This document shows, piece by piece, positions 13,844-28,177 of a stretch of 64,000 nt of DNA. The notes beneath the pieces are model-generated. The model made no database searches. It worked only from the letters and a program-made list of their open reading frames with translations, and had not been told where the DNA came from. The position numbers and the translations under genes were made by a program. How positions within the stretch are numbered: the stretch's first letter is position 1; every line of letters starts with the position of its first letter. The stretch comes from Octopus vulgaris (lineage: Eukaryota): the NCBI GenBank assembly GCA_951406725.2, contig OX597825.1, positions 82,832,001 to 82,896,000 of the forward strand. The letters are read 5' to 3'.

Positions 13844-16057
13844 TGGGGAAAAGCATTACAAATCCGACGGCTGTTTCTGAGATCGGAGTTACTTCCTTAT
13901 GTTGGCAGATGAAGTTCACACAAAATTTGCAGCTATCAATAGAAGCAAATACAGACTGGTAAAATCCAGAGCCTTCTTCATATCATTATACACGAAAATT
14001 TTAAGGTAAAATAGGTGTAATAGAAGACAAGGAAGTGGTAGAGGCAGGAAGAGGTAAGCAGCTGCATGGAAGTGTATGGAGTGAAGGAGCAAGGGAAGGA
14101 GAAGAGGTCAAGATAGTCATATCATGATGATGGAGGGGTGAATGAACAGTGTAATTGTTAGTGTTAGCAGTGGAATGGAGACCTGGGAGATAAATGGGAG
14201 GGTTAGTATGCGGTATTTGAAGGAGAGTCAGTGCTGCTGGGTTAATGAATAGATGTTAGCAATTTAGGATAGTAATCAATATAATTAACGGGTTTTGAAA
14301 CATTGAGAAAAAAAGTGGGAAGCGAATATAAAGTGAGGGAAGGGTTTAATTATATTCTAGAAGGAATGAATTATGGTCGGTGGTGGAAAGTGAGTAATTT
14401 TGGTCGAAGGGCCAAGCAGAAGATGGGGGAATGGAATTAATAGAATGAGGATAGGGATGGCTATAAGGGGGTATGTGCTGGGTGGGAGAAAATTAGCAAA
14501 GGTAATGTTAAGCTGGAATATTTATTTTATGTTACTAGTGTGATCAAGTTGTAACTTAAGGTTAATTGTAATTTTCTCAACACTTGAGTACATATTCGGT
14601 TTCTTATATCTAGTTGATATTCAAAATCCATGTTAGGTATATATAAACATCATGGGAATGGATGCCAACAAAAGGAATGAAACCTCGAACAATACCACAG
14701 TCCGCAACGAGTCAGACTTTTCTTCAAGAAAACCTGAGGCTAAGAAAACTTGGAAAACCGATAAAGAACTCTATAGGAGAACTGCCACTCGATGTGCGAA
14801 CATATGCCATATTGGGTACTCTAATTCATAGACATGGATCATATATAAAATACAAATATTGAATGTTTTGATATCTAGCTATCGAGCTAAGACCAGACAA
14901 ATACTTTATTATTTTGATGCATTTCCATTTGTACTAATCATTAACTGTCTTTAAACCCACCTGTTTCCGTGTCGTAAATTCAATTCTGCTGTTAATAGTA
15001 TGCCTTTTTATTCGTGTGAATTTCAAACAGATATATTTGTTTGTCTTGAAATTTCCTTATGTTCTTGAGTTGTATGTCTCTTCACTTTGGGCGATCACAA
15101 CGTTATTATCTTTACGTGAGCCATTCAAGTGTCATGCTGCTTCTTTCAGTAAATCATTAAATATATTTTCAATAACGCTTTAGATATTTTAGACAATGAC
15201 AAATCAAGGATTGGCTGTTTTGTGTTTGCTTTCCATCAACATGTATGCTAAGATATTCAGGTTATCTATTGGTTCGTTTACGTTTATAACTATTTATCTG
15301 AAGTTGCACTTGTCCATGTTAACATTGCCGCCTGTGGCGATCTCTCGCTATACAAATCTTGTCTTTTCAAATTTCCGTTTTGTCTACATCGTTATTATAC
15401 CATTTATATCAATTGTTTGCCTTCTCTAAAAATCATTTGTATGTTTTTTATTTCCTTTGTCTTTATTCAAAGACATATTTCTTGTGATTTACCATTGATA
15501 TTGTAAATTGAGACATTCCAGTTCATTTTGGTGATTTTTTATTTCTCTTGGCATTTAGCAACAGATTCCATCTGGACTTCTCCCTTCACAGAAATTTGTT
15601 CAGAGAAATCCTGCCGTGACCATCCCATCTTCATTTTAAGCCTTTCTATCTAGGAAAGTTATTCAATGTATGATTTGAAGCTGGTTTGGTGCTATTATTT
15701 GCTTGTGGCTGTCTTTCGTATGTATGTTTGTGAACACATTCCTTTATGAAAAGGCATCATATTTTGATCATTTTTAAATAACAGTAATATACAATTGTCA
15801 TATTTATGTTGTATAAATTTAGATAATCTTCCTCATAGATATTATTGAACTCATATGTGTTCATATTTTGTTTTGTGCAATTCTATTTACGGATATTATA
15901 TATGTATGTTTAGATTTGGCTTTATCGCTGGTCGTTGCTTCATTTTGTTTGGCTCTTAATGGTAAGCTCACAATTTGAGACGTTAACTTAAATGTTTGTA
16001 AATATAGAAATATTTGCCACTTGTATTGGTTTTCCCTAAATCAGTGAGACTTTAAAA

Positions 16058-16170
16058 TGGCGAGCTGGCAGAATTCTTAATGGTATTTTTCGTTGGTTTT
16101 TACGTTCTGAGTTCAAACGCCATCGTGGTTGAAATTGCTTCCACACTTTCGAGATCGATACAAGTTCCCG
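16058..16170 (+). mobile_element. SINE-A fragment
   Basis: tggcgagctggcagaatt...tttacgttctgagttcaaac. Confidence 0.65.
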
Positions 16171-16171
16171 C

Positions 16172-16490
16172 TGAAAGGTAGCGCTACGGCTACGACCAGG
16201 AAACGAAACAGCAATGTAGTCAATGTAGTCAATGCAAGCATTCAATGTCGCCACGCCCCACAAAAGTGCGTCAAGTGAAGTCCAATGTCAGGATGATACT
16301 GATTTGTTTCATCGATGCGAAAGGAATTTTCTACACAGTGTTTGTCCCACCTGGTCAAACTGATAACCAGGCATTTTACCTGGCAGTTCTAAAGCGTTTG
16401 TGAGACGCGGTGGAATGAAAACGCCCTGACCTGATTGGAGAGTGGAGAGTGATTGTTTCACATCACATTAACCATTGCACACTACCAAAG
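16172..16490 (+). pseudogene. mariner transposase fragment (irritans-like), with stops
   Basis: YGYDQETKQQCSQ..SPRPTKVRQVKSNVRMILICFIDAKGIFYTVFVPPGQTDNQAFYLAVLKRL*DAVE*KRPDL is the catalytic-domain segment between the first D and HHDN. Confidence 0.85.
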
Positions 16491-16620
16491 TACCAAACTG
16501 TTAGAGCTTCTAATGTAAATTCGAGCGTTCTTGAATCTTTTTGTGGTTGATTTCGACAAAAATGTTGGTTTCGAAAGTTTTATTGATATGCATATACGTT
16601 TTAATATGTGTGGGTGAATT

Positions 16621-16836
16621 ATGCCGTCGAGCTGTTGTGGTAGTGAACACGCCGGGACAAATACTTAGCGGCATTTCGGCCCTTTTCTGTCCTGAGTCCA
16701 AATTCCGCCGAGGTTGACTTAGAGTTTCATCCTTTCGAGATCGATAAAGTAAGTAACAGTTGAACACCGAGGTCGATGTGATCGGCTTACCCCCTCCTCT
16801 AATATTGCTGCTCTTGTGCTAAAATTTGAAACTAAT
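16621..16836 (+). mobile_element. SINE-A copy (tail type 1)
   Basis: caaattccgccgaggttgac..tttcatcctttcgagatcgataaa...gtcgatgtgatcg...cttgtgctaaaatttgaa. Confidence 0.8.
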
Positions 16837-16877
16837 GTCTGTGTGTGTGCGCATGTGCATATGCTATTTTATCCGTT

Positions 16878-17079
16878 CATTCTTTTACTAGTTTCGGTCA
16901 TTTGACGGCTGTGGCCATGATGGAGCACCGCCTTTGGTCGCAGAAATCGACCCCAGGACTTATTGTTTGTAAGCCTGCTAATTAGTCTAACGTACTCTTT
17001 TGTCGAACCGCTACGTTTCGGGGATACAATCACACCAACATCGGTTGTCAAGTGATGATGGGGGCCAAACACAGACTTA

Positions 17080-17137
<58 letters not shown>

Positions 17138-17530
17138 TAAAAACGCTAAGATAACAAAAGAAAGAAAGGGACCTCGATGTTATGTAAATAGAGGAAATTT
17201 ATCTGTAAAATAATATGTGACAATTATTCAATAGCCAAGATAAAACTCTGAGTTTCGGATGCCGAAGTGGAAATACACAACTCAGAGTTTTATCTTGGCT
17301 ATTGAATAATTGTCACATATTATTTTACAGATATATATATGTATATATATATATACATGTATATGTACGACAGGCATCTTTCAGTTTCTGTCTACCAAAT
17401 CCACTCACATGGCTTTGGTCGGTACGAGTCTATTTTAGAAGAAACTTGCCCAAAGTGCCACGTAGTGGAACTGAACCTACAGTCATGTAGTTGGGAAGAA
17501 AGCTTCTTACCACAGAACCACGCCTGTGCT
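16878..17530 (-). mobile_element. Full SINE-B copy interrupted in its internal (TA)n by a fold-back element
   Basis: The tail part (16878-17085) and head part (17365-17530) align to the intact copy at 55108-55562. The segment 17135-17332 is extra. Confidence 0.85.
17135..17332. repeat. Fold-back element with a perfect 54-bp inverted repeat (probable Penelope-like terminus)
   Basis: 17201-17254 is the exact reverse complement of 17279-17332, with a 24-nt loop and (TA)n on both sides. The PLE origin is inference. Confidence 0.85.
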
Positions 17531-17972
17531 TATGTATACATTAATATAGAATTCTGTGTGTATATTTATATGTATGTGTGTACATATCTCTATATATACA
17601 CAACGAATATTGTAAAGACAAAAATGAAAACGTATTATTTGAAATTATTGTTTGAGAACATTGGTTAAACAGTGGCGCAGTTTCATGACTTCACTCGTAA
17701 TGAAGTTTATGGCGTGTGAAATTATATTTATCACGAGAAGTGGAAAAGAAAATGAAATGTTTGAGCTTGAAGCAACTATTTACTCAAGTGTCCTTCACAA
17801 ACGCTTTCAAACAGAAGGACATAAAGATAAGCTTTCTCTTCAAACTTTCCTTTCATATTTCATATACATTCAGGAGGTGGATATTCTTAAACGAAACCAT
17901 TCTCGATTTACATGCTGATCGAAGACGAGCGTTTCAGGTACAAGCATACATACATATGTGTGTGTATGTATG

Positions 17973-18065
<93 letters not shown>

Positions 18066-18126
18066 ATGTATAATGTATATATAAATATATATATATATAT
18101 ATGTGTGTGTATATATATATATATAT

Positions 18127-18270
18127 GGAATTTACAAAAATAACAAACAAAACGAAAGACGAAGGTGGGTGTGTAAACAAATAGATGTATTAGTTTAACG
18201 CTCGGGAATTGAGAAAGTCTTTTACGTTTCGGGCTTGCGCTCTTCAACACAAAGACAAACAAAAATAAAC
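18127..18270 (-). mobile_element. Penelope-like terminal fragment with hammerhead-like core
   Basis: Minus strand reads GTGTTGA-agagc-gcaa-gccc-GAAA-cgta (18224-18250), lies between (TA)n tracts, and is related to 12930-13050. Confidence 0.55.
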
Positions 18271-18502
18271 ATATATATATATATATATATATATAAATAA
18301 CTCCTTTCTGATAAATACCCAATTAACCAGTTTCAATATGAACATTTAAAACTAATTTAATATAATTTATTGCGTGTGGAAACGGCTGTAGCGACAAGGA
18401 TGTCACATTATATTGATTTGAATATCTTTGAATATACCGAAGTTTATATATATATGTGTGTGTGTGTGTCTTACGTTCTTGTCCCAGTTTGTATTTTTCT
18501 AC

Positions 18503-18594
<92 letters not shown>

Positions 18595-19109
18595 AACAAA
18601 CATAGTCGAAATATATGTTTCCTTTGAAAGCTGGAAAAATTTCTATAGATGTATTTTTAAAGAATGCAATATGCTTCAGAGCTAAGCGAAACGAAATCGC
18701 CAGTTAGTGCCTACGAATGGAACAGCCGCACATTTCACCCCTTTGTGGCTCATCAGTGTCGTGTGCTTGTGCCATGTCTCATACGTGGTCAGAGCCTCGG
18801 CGATTCTAAAGTAAATAAAGATACCAATGTATATACCATACACTGGTTTACCATATTATATCAAGATGTAGTTTCATGGATGTCTGTAACAAAATGCATA
18901 TCATTGATGCCCAATTGATGTCATATCACAAAGAAGGATTTAATACACATATTTTTATATTTTTAATGACAGCTGGAAAGATGATGCATATATTTTGTAT
19001 ATATAGCTTACCTCTGTCACATCGATTTGATGTATCTCATTGCATAACATGGCGGACTGACTGCAAATTACACTTCATATATCTATCCATGTATCTATCT
19101 ATGTATCTA

Positions 19110-19164
<55 letters not shown>

Positions 19165-19196
19165 CTCTCTCTCTCTATATATATGTATATATCAGC

Positions 19197-19408
19197 AATT
19201 GCAGCGTGGAAGGTGTTTATAAGCCATTTAAGAAATACACAAAAACCGTTAGATATTCCGTGATGCAGCACTGAATTTTGTTAGTGAACAGGTCGCGGTC
19301 TCAAAGCGACGAAAATATTTTTGGCAAATTAAATTTAAAATGTTGAAGTGAATCTAACTGTTTCTTTTGTTTCTTAAATGGCTTATAAACACCTTCCACG
19401 CTGCAATT
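19197..19408. repeat. Fold-back element with a perfect 39-bp inverted repeat
   Basis: 19197-19235 is the reverse complement of 19370-19408, and the match extends imperfectly inward. Flanked by TA-rich microsatellite. Confidence 0.85.
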
Positions 19409-19424
19409 ATATATATATATGTAT

Positions 19425-20056
19425 AAAAGATGGAGGTGGAAATAGCATAGAAGTGAGTCTAAGACATTGTAATTTAGGAAGAAATTTCAAAAAGTAAAAA
19501 TGATTTAAAATATTACGTAAAGAATTACCAGTTTCGATGAAGAACATGTTCTTGACCCCCAGAGAGAAGAGAAACTGGTTTTCCTCCAGTCTTTATATAT
19601 AAAAGTGAAGTTGTGTGTCTGTCTCCTAAGATTTAGATTCCTAACTACTCCCACATTTTGCGGTGCAGTTTAACTAAAAGCGGGTATCTTATAGTCGTGA
19701 TTCATATCGAGCCCTTCTGGGTATTAGCGCGCGTCTACGATGAGTCTACGATTTAAAAAAATTTACCATCATTTTTCCCATTTTTAATCATTTTTTGCTA
19801 TTATATAAGGGAAGTAACTCTCTAAAAATGCTTAAACAGTTATTTCCCTTACAAACCCGAGCAATACCGGGCGATACTGCTAGTATTTTATAAATTTTTT
19901 ACTCATATTTGATAAGATGAGCTTAATCGTCAAAACCGGTAATATCTCCTTTATATCATTTTTAACAGTTTTTATTAAATTCCTTCTTAAATTCAAATGC
20001 CTTAGACATATTTCTGTACTATTTTGCTATTTCCACCTCCACTCCATCTTTTATAT
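19425..20056. repeat. Diverged fold-back element (arms about 19425-19545 and 19910-20056) interrupted by a Helitron
   Basis: aaaagatggaggtggaaatagca...gtctaagacatt pairs with aatgccttagac...tgctatttccacctcca..ccatctttt. The right arm contains ttgataa-gatgagcttaatcgtc-aaaa, a decayed hammerhead-like core. Confidence 0.6.
19590..19883 (+). mobile_element. Non-autonomous Helitron
   Basis: 5' TCtttatatataaaagtgaagttg, and a 3' hairpin cccgagcaataccggg followed by atactgCTAG|T. No TIR or TSD. Confidence 0.75.
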
Positions 20057-20125
20057 ACAAAAATGTGGTTCGTATAGATCTTTAAACTTTTTGAACTATA
20101 TATACATATACATATACATACATAC

Positions 20126-20192
<67 letters not shown>

Positions 20193-20193
<1 letters not shown>

Positions 20194-20385
20194 CGTTTCT
20201 GATTTAGGCACAAACACTGACATTTGAGGGGAAGGTGTAGTCGATTACATCAGCGTCTGTGTTCAAATGGTACTTAATTTATCGCCCTGAAATAAATGTA
20301 AAGTAAAGTCGGCCTAGGTAAATTTTGATGTCAGAAGGCAAAGGCGGACGAAATAGCCGTTACGCGTTTTTATCCCGGCGTCTGC
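20193..20385 (-). mobile_element. SINE-A copy, degenerate
   Basis: ggcacaaacactgacatttgagggg...ggtacttaatttatcg...gacgaaatagccg. Confidence 0.7.
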
Positions 20386-20859
20386 TTGAAACAAAACAGA
20401 TGTAATAAGTAAAATGCTCTAATTCCAGGTACATTTAGTGGAAATAATTTTATTCAGAAATTCAAATCTTGATATGGAGTGCAAGTAACACGTGTAAAAC
20501 AAGAAGCCAATATACAACAATGTTCTTTTTTTTAAAAAAATAATTACTAAATTACCAAAACAAAACACAATAAAAACAAGAAATATAATATATCATATAA
20601 TATAAACATCCACCGTAATACAAAATATATCTCTTTCTATCATCTAATAATAATAATAATAATAATAATGTCAATTGTTTGATACCATTACTGCAGCGGA
20701 CTGGGCATGATGATCCATTGATAAAACAGTGCAACAAGTGTATGCTCTATGGCATTTTAATAAGATTAACAAAGGCAGTTTGATTAGAATATAACAATTT
20801 CAATTCTCAACAATTGGTAAAATAAAAACGATACGATACAAGAACAAAAACAGATTACA

Positions 20860-21102
20860 AGGACTATTATTATCATTCTTGTGATTATTATTATTATTGT
20901 TGTTATTATTATTATTGTTGTTGTTGTTGTATTATTATTATCACTATTATTATTATTATTGTCGCTATTTTGTTTTTTCTTTTATTTCTTGCTCTAAACA
21001 GCATTTTCCCTCTTTTCTGTAAACCTCAATATAAAATTCAATCTCTCCTAGTAATACCCAACCTCCTCATCTGTCCCTGTGGCAAATCTAAGAAATCATG
21101 AA

Positions 21103-21158
<56 letters not shown>

Positions 21159-21207
21159 GTAGTAGTAGTAGTAGTAGTAATAGTAGTAGTAGTAGTAGTA
21201 GTAGTAC

Positions 21208-21262
<55 letters not shown>

Positions 21263-21339
21263 ATTATTATTATTACTATTAATATTACTATTATTATCAT
21301 CATTTAACTATTATAATTATTATTATTATTATTATTATA

Positions 21340-21400
<61 letters not shown>

Positions 21401-21425
21401 GTAGTAGTAGTAGTAGTAGTAGTTG
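20860..21425. repeat. (ATT)n/(AGT)n/(GTT)n trinucleotide microsatellites
   Basis: Directly visible. Confidence 0.95.
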
Positions 21426-22301
21426 TCTATTGTAATTTTCGCAGTTGGTGATTGAGGTGAGAACGAAAAAGAAAACATTGTAATTATTTTTAATTTCCAA
21501 GCCAACCACCTATCCTACCCCCGCCAAACCACAAAACTTCATTTCTCTGCGAGTCTTTTATTGAACAAATCAATCACATTGAATATAATTTTTTAGGAAT
21601 TCTTGTAATTGTTGTTGTTTTTGTTATTATATCAGGTGATCAGTATTAATTCACACACTCGCTCGCACGCACGCACACACCCAAACATACACACACTCAG
21701 ACACACACGCACAAACGCACAGATAAAACCACAATTTTTTCAGTGTATGTTGTGTAAGTATGCAAACGTATGCATATATAAATTACACGTATTTCTGTGT
21801 TTGTAGTTCGGCATACCATTTAGGTAATTATACAGAATAATTATTACATCATTAGTATTTTCTTCTATATAATAGTCATCGTTTATCTAAATCCTTGCCA
21901 ATTCTGTTAAAAATTGCTATCGCTTTCATCGCACATAACTTCAATTTCTTACACTCTTGCTCTCCCTCTATCTCTCTCTCCTTGTTTCTCTCCCTTTCAA
22001 CACTTCCTTTTATGCAATTGATATAATCATTGCTAATTATTATCACTAATCACCATCCGTTCATCTGAATATTGCTGATGTATAGAAGATTATCGCCTTT
22101 GTAGTGGCTTTGTTTCGCAACAGATGCTGCAGGAGGTTCCCTCTACATTTTAGACACGATAAAATCACGATTACTGCAGCTATCTGTAATATTCTGAAGA
22201 TAGTGATTTAAAGGTCTGACTAGAGAGTTTCATGTATTTTCTAATACGTTTTTGATCAGAGGAATAAGTGTTTGTAAATGCGTGCGCAATTATATACATC
22301 C

Positions 22302-22389
<88 letters not shown>

Positions 22390-23124
22390 GGATATATATA
22401 TGTGTGTGTGTATGTGTATAAGGATTTGCTTTGTATAGTTGCGTCGTTATGTACACGAGTTAGAATATAATGCATACTATAGTGTCAATCTGCGACAGTA
22501 ACTTCGAAACAGCTGTAAAGTATAATGAAGAACTCTTTTTCTGTTAATAATATATGTAAGATCTATATAAATTTTTCGATGCCATATGTAACTGCTTGTC
22601 CACATTTGTTCTTATATATACATACATAAAAGAATCGAACGCAGTGAATTCCTCTTTCCATTTCGCAATTGTTTTACAATTGATCCCTAGTTTCGGCCAT
22701 TTCGTTCCAATATAAATCACCAGAACAATTCATATTTTATTACAGCTGATAATGGAATTCCGCAGATGATAAACCAATCTATATACCACATACTGATAAA
22801 TGGTTAAAAACTAACTAAATAACAAAAAAAAAAAAGAAGGAAAACAGATCACAGTGTTAAATCTTCTCAAAGAACTAACCAGAATGTCATTCATCGAGAA
22901 TGTGGCACTCAACATCATCCGTATCACCAGTTACGTAACATAAAAGGCATTCCATCCTTCCCAGTTATCTCTTAATTTTCACGCATTTCTTTTACAGTGC
23001 ATGTAAGGCTACTTTAAGGAATATTTCCTTCATTTTCTTTTTAACGAAGTGGTTTGATTAAATAATTTCAGTCGTTCATCACAATCGAATCAGACTTTGT
23101 AGAAAGTTACCTATTTTTAGACGA

Positions 23125-23408
23125 TATGATAGTCGGAAGCAGACACGGAAAAAACCCTCTACCTCTCCTCGCTTATCACTCTGAAACATCGAGGGTGTGG
23201 CTGTTGAAGTGCATGAAAGCTACACCAGAGCTAAGGTGGTAGGCGCCTTTATAATTTCTTTATATTTGAGTGGACTATGGAAACGTGGAATGAATGGAAT
23301 GAATTGCCATTCTTCACGACAAAAGCGCTGCCAAAGCATAGATTCGAAACCACAAACCTACGGTCCTTAGCCCCAAATACTAGCCACTGTGCCACCTGGC
23401 TTCACAAT
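23125..23408 (-). mobile_element. Degenerate tRNA-derived SINE
   Basis: Minus-strand head gtggcacagtggctagtatttggggctaaggaccgtaggtttgtggtttcgaatct with A- and B-box-like motifs. Confidence 0.55.
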
Positions 23409-24029
23409 TGCGTCATACATAGGATTGTTTTGCTGCAGGTCAAGGTATCACATTAAAACACTAATGTTCTGGGAGTAAAATTAGTCATAGATCAAAGTTA
23501 AAAGAAACGATCTACGGGTAAACAATTAGCAGCTATTATGTAAGCGAGTTTTATTTCCAGCTTATGAAGAACTGGTGTGTACTTCGCTTTGATTAATGAC
23601 CGTTTCGGTTGCAATATCAAGCAAAATGCACAACCAAGTTCAGGCCACCCCCCGCACCCAATTTTCTGAAAATTGGTTCTATAAAACATGCAAGATGGTA
23701 TGCATATTATCAACACTTTGACCAAACTGGGAGTCATTTTATAAATTTACAGACATATCTAGACATACTAGCCAATATGGTTACTTCTTCATGGGTCAGC
23801 CTCACTGGACTATATTTCAAAAATCCAGCATTACATTTTTTCTATATGCTTTGGCAAATTGCATATCATATTCACTCTATATTTATGCCTGAAACGAATT
23901 TAAAGAAATCTACCCACATACATATATACATATATACATACATACATACATACATATATACATACTTACATACAGTCGTACGTACATACATATAAAATCA
24001 AAAGGATTACAAGCCAAGGGTCATACGGC

Positions 24030-24236
24030 CGATTTCCAGGCCTCTGTAGTGTATACTCCCCTGCACGGGACGCTGGTCTGTCGCACGATTACTCATTTCG
24101 GCCAACTGCGTAAATTCAAGCCGGAGCTTGAAATGAAATGTTTTGTTAAAAATATAACGTATCGCTCGGTCCAGGAAACGAAACTCCCCTTTTACGGTCA
24201 TGCGTGCAACAGATTCACCACTCAATCACGCGCCTA
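24030..24236 (-). mobile_element. Degenerate tRNA-derived SINE
   Basis: Minus-strand head aggcgcgtgattgagtggtg...gagtttcgtttcctggacc, then a body ending gtgcgacagaccagcgtcccgtgcaggg. Confidence 0.6.
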
Positions 24237-25177
24237 CACTGTATACACATATATATATATATACATACAGACACATACATGCACATACACAAATAAATAT
24301 ACATATATATATATATATATACATATATGTGTGTACATATGTATTATATATGTATACATCTATATGTATATATATATGTACATACATACATACATTTACG
24401 TATATCTGTGTTTGGCCACAGTCATGGGTTCAATTAATGCTGATATGGGCCCATTAATCAGTGGAAGATGAGTTACTATTCATAAGCAACCGCTTTACCA
24501 CCAAAGTACAGTGAGTGAGAACCGAAAAAGTGTATCGATGTTTAGAGACCCTGTTGGTCTAAAGCAAATAGCGGAAATGTCTCAGAGGATAGATGGAAAT
24601 GATATTATCCACTTTGGTTTACAGAAGTTACATAAGCATATTTATATCTTTCATTGCATAACAACCAGCATAAAACAGTGAGAGAAAGAGAAAGAGAGAC
24701 AGGCACTGTGACAGAAATGTCGTCCTGAGGTTGCACAACTTTCACAAATATTGCTAAGTTGTTAGAAGCTTGTTTGACGTGAACTTCCCGTCATTCATAT
24801 ACTAATATCTACTGAAAAGAATTGAGAATTGTTTGTATTTGAAGCTCTCTCAAGCTGGAGTTTTTTGATGGAGTATTTTACAGCATTAATAAAATAGCTG
24901 TAATATTCTGGATATGATGTAACTAAAAGCCTTTCTTATGTAACTGTTAATGAAAGTTATATCTATGTGTGACTGACTGACCTGCATTTACATTGGGACA
25001 TCGATAAATTAAAACCGCCATTTCCTATGCTTTACAACAGCTATGCAGGAATTATTAGGATTCCCGGCAGGAAGAGTGATTTTACCCATAAATGGTATTA
25101 CTTATACACACACGATACATAACATATAGAAATACACTCATACATAAACGCAAACTCGCATAGCTACGTGTATATGC

Positions 25178-25212
<35 letters not shown>

Positions 25213-25634
25213 TAACAACGAAAATACGTACATACGAATCAACACACACACAGACACACACGCACGTATGCAGTTGTCACTCTTTTCAATGCACGTATGT
25301 ATATATGGCTCATTGATTGCGTGTATATATGTAGGTGTACGTGTGAGTGCTTATATTCATGTGATTCTTGTGTATATATGAGAGGGTAGCTAATTTATTA
25401 TGGCATGCCATTCCACAATGACGCGAAAGACTGATCATGCTCAACGGCATCGTTCTACAGAATAGCCAACTCGGCTTGCCATTGTCTAGTAAAGCGATTA
25501 ACCACGTAACGCAATATCTCTCAGCTAATCCGTTATTTATCGAGGCTGGTAGCTTCGTTATAACAAATAATTATTAATGATCCAATCTGTATGAATAACA
25601 AGAGACAAAAAAAGGAAATAGAAATGGGAACGTC

Positions 25635-25691
<57 letters not shown>

Positions 25692-26721
25692 CGGTACATT
25701 TTCTATCTTTTTCGCATTTTTCTTTCACACACCATCAGATTCGTTTTTATATATCTAAATATGTATCCATTTACCCATTGGAGTATAAGTATGTTTATGT
25801 ATATGTGTGCATGTGTATGTGCATGTGTATGTGTATGTGTGTGTGTGTGTGTGTGATAGTGTGTTTATGTATATATATCTGACGTCAAATGCCAACAGCG
25901 TTATGAGTTGTCAGTCTTATGTATCTACCTAAATATGCAAAGGCTACACTCGCCGTACGGGTTTTTTCTCTTGTTTCTCTTCTTTTTTCATTATTTTTCT
26001 CTTACATAGTCGACAGCTGAAACGTGTTTCAATCACCTACAAGGAAGTATAACAGTGAAAAACACATATGATACAAGGGGACACATTCCTGTTGCAATAT
26101 ATTTGGGAATATATTAATATGATTTCTGTCTGACTTCATCCATTCAAGCCTCTGTGCAATATACAACGACCCTGGAGCATAAAAGCTTAGTTTTTTTAGA
26201 AAAGAATATTCCATGATTTCAACACACTGTCACACTCCTAAGAATATATATACTAACATATTAACAACAAGAAAACATATATATATATGTATATACAGAT
26301 TATCACATGTATGTTAAATATATACACTCACAAGGACAAAATAACAAACAAACGAGACTCATGCATCCACACTCACATCCATGGAGACACACACGCACAC
26401 ACACTTCCACGCACACACACTTCCACGCACACACACTTCCACGCACACATATATACACAAATGCACGTATTATATACATAGACAGAATATATAGATAGAT
26501 AAATAGAATTGTATACAAGGGAGCAATATATACATATATATATGTATATATATGCATTCATATCTACGCATATAATTTATATATTATATATATAATATAT
26601 ATTTATATATACATATATATTTATATACATAGTGATATATGTATATATATATTATATATATACACACACATATATATATATATACATATACATATATACA
26701 TACACACACATATATATATGC

Positions 26722-26773
<52 letters not shown>

Positions 26774-27096
26774 ATTTACAAATGTATGTACATGCGTATA
26801 TGCTCGTATAATATCGGTATAGTTATTGCTTCTTATGCAACGAAGCTTATATTCATATATAAACATAACGTCTTTTACTAGTAATGTTTAAACAAATTCA
26901 TAAAATACTCTTACTATGATATCGATGCAGTTAAATAATACAACGTAGGCTGGAGATCATAAACACCATATAATATTATCATATATCCATATATACCTTT
27001 AAACGCTCTTCATATAGAAATAATTTTACTGCAATATATGAAATCATGTTTGGAAACTGTTAAATATATATATATGTATATATATATATATATGAA

Positions 27097-27140
<44 letters not shown>

Positions 27141-27375
27141 ATGCGTGCATGTGTCTGTTTTATGTGTAGAGGTGTGAGCTTTTGTCTGCTTGTCTGCAAA
27201 GAAGTGTGTAGTTATATTTACATATCTATTTACATATGTATATGTGTGTAAGTTTTGTATTCAGGACACGCACACACACACACACGCACACTATATATAT
27301 ATATATGTAAATATATATATATACATATATATATATATGTATATATATATACACATACATATATGTGTATATATT

Positions 27376-27412
<37 letters not shown>

Positions 27413-27682
27413 GCGTATATAAATATATAGACTCACACAAACGCACACACAAATATATGCGTATATATATATAATGTGCATGCTTGTAGACATATACGTC
27501 GAGAGATTTTGAGTGTAGTATCAAGTAGCGCATGCGAGGTTCGTTCCATTCCTTGCCTCGTGGCGGCACAATGAATACAATTATATTTCTATAAACAAAA
27601 CCATTTACACAGAGGAACAAACATAAGTATGACATTTTTTCTGAGTTCCTATGTGCCGCTGTGTAAATCTTTTAATATATGC

Positions 27683-27742
<60 letters not shown>

Positions 27743-28177
27743 TATTAAAATGCATTATTTGATTATGATATATATGTATATATTTAGCGTGCCTTGGTGC
27801 TTGTGTAACATAATTTATTGAATATTCACTCTCGGTTTTTTTCTACCAGTCCGCCTCACTCTGTCTGTCTGTCTCTCTCGGTCTCATTCTCTGAATGTTT
27901 CTTTGTAGAAATATATATTTGTATGTGTGTCTATATACATATGTGTATGTTTGTGCTTGTGTGTGTGTGTGTCAGTTTGTCTGTCTGTTTAGGTGTGTGT
28001 GTACATGTCTGTTTGGCTGTATATATAAATGTGAGTGTGTAGTATGCATGTGCTTTCATTGATGTAAAAGAAGCTTAAAAAGTCTTTCAAACCTAAGTGT
28101 AATAATACTTAAAGAATATAGATAGTGTATTTATATACATACCCTCATATATGTATACACACACAAACACCCATATA

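Noticed and set aside
13845-14560. Purine-rich tract possibly from a Penelope 3' region
   Set aside because: Compositional resemblance only, with no convincing motif.
14640-15520. Possible degraded TE coding sequence
   Set aside because: No diagnostic motif could be read in any frame by eye, so it is left uncalled pending TBLASTN.
23609-23995. 128-aa ORF
   Set aside because: Non-ATG start, no recognisable motif, and it ends in microsatellite. The DNA looks more like a decayed non-autonomous element.
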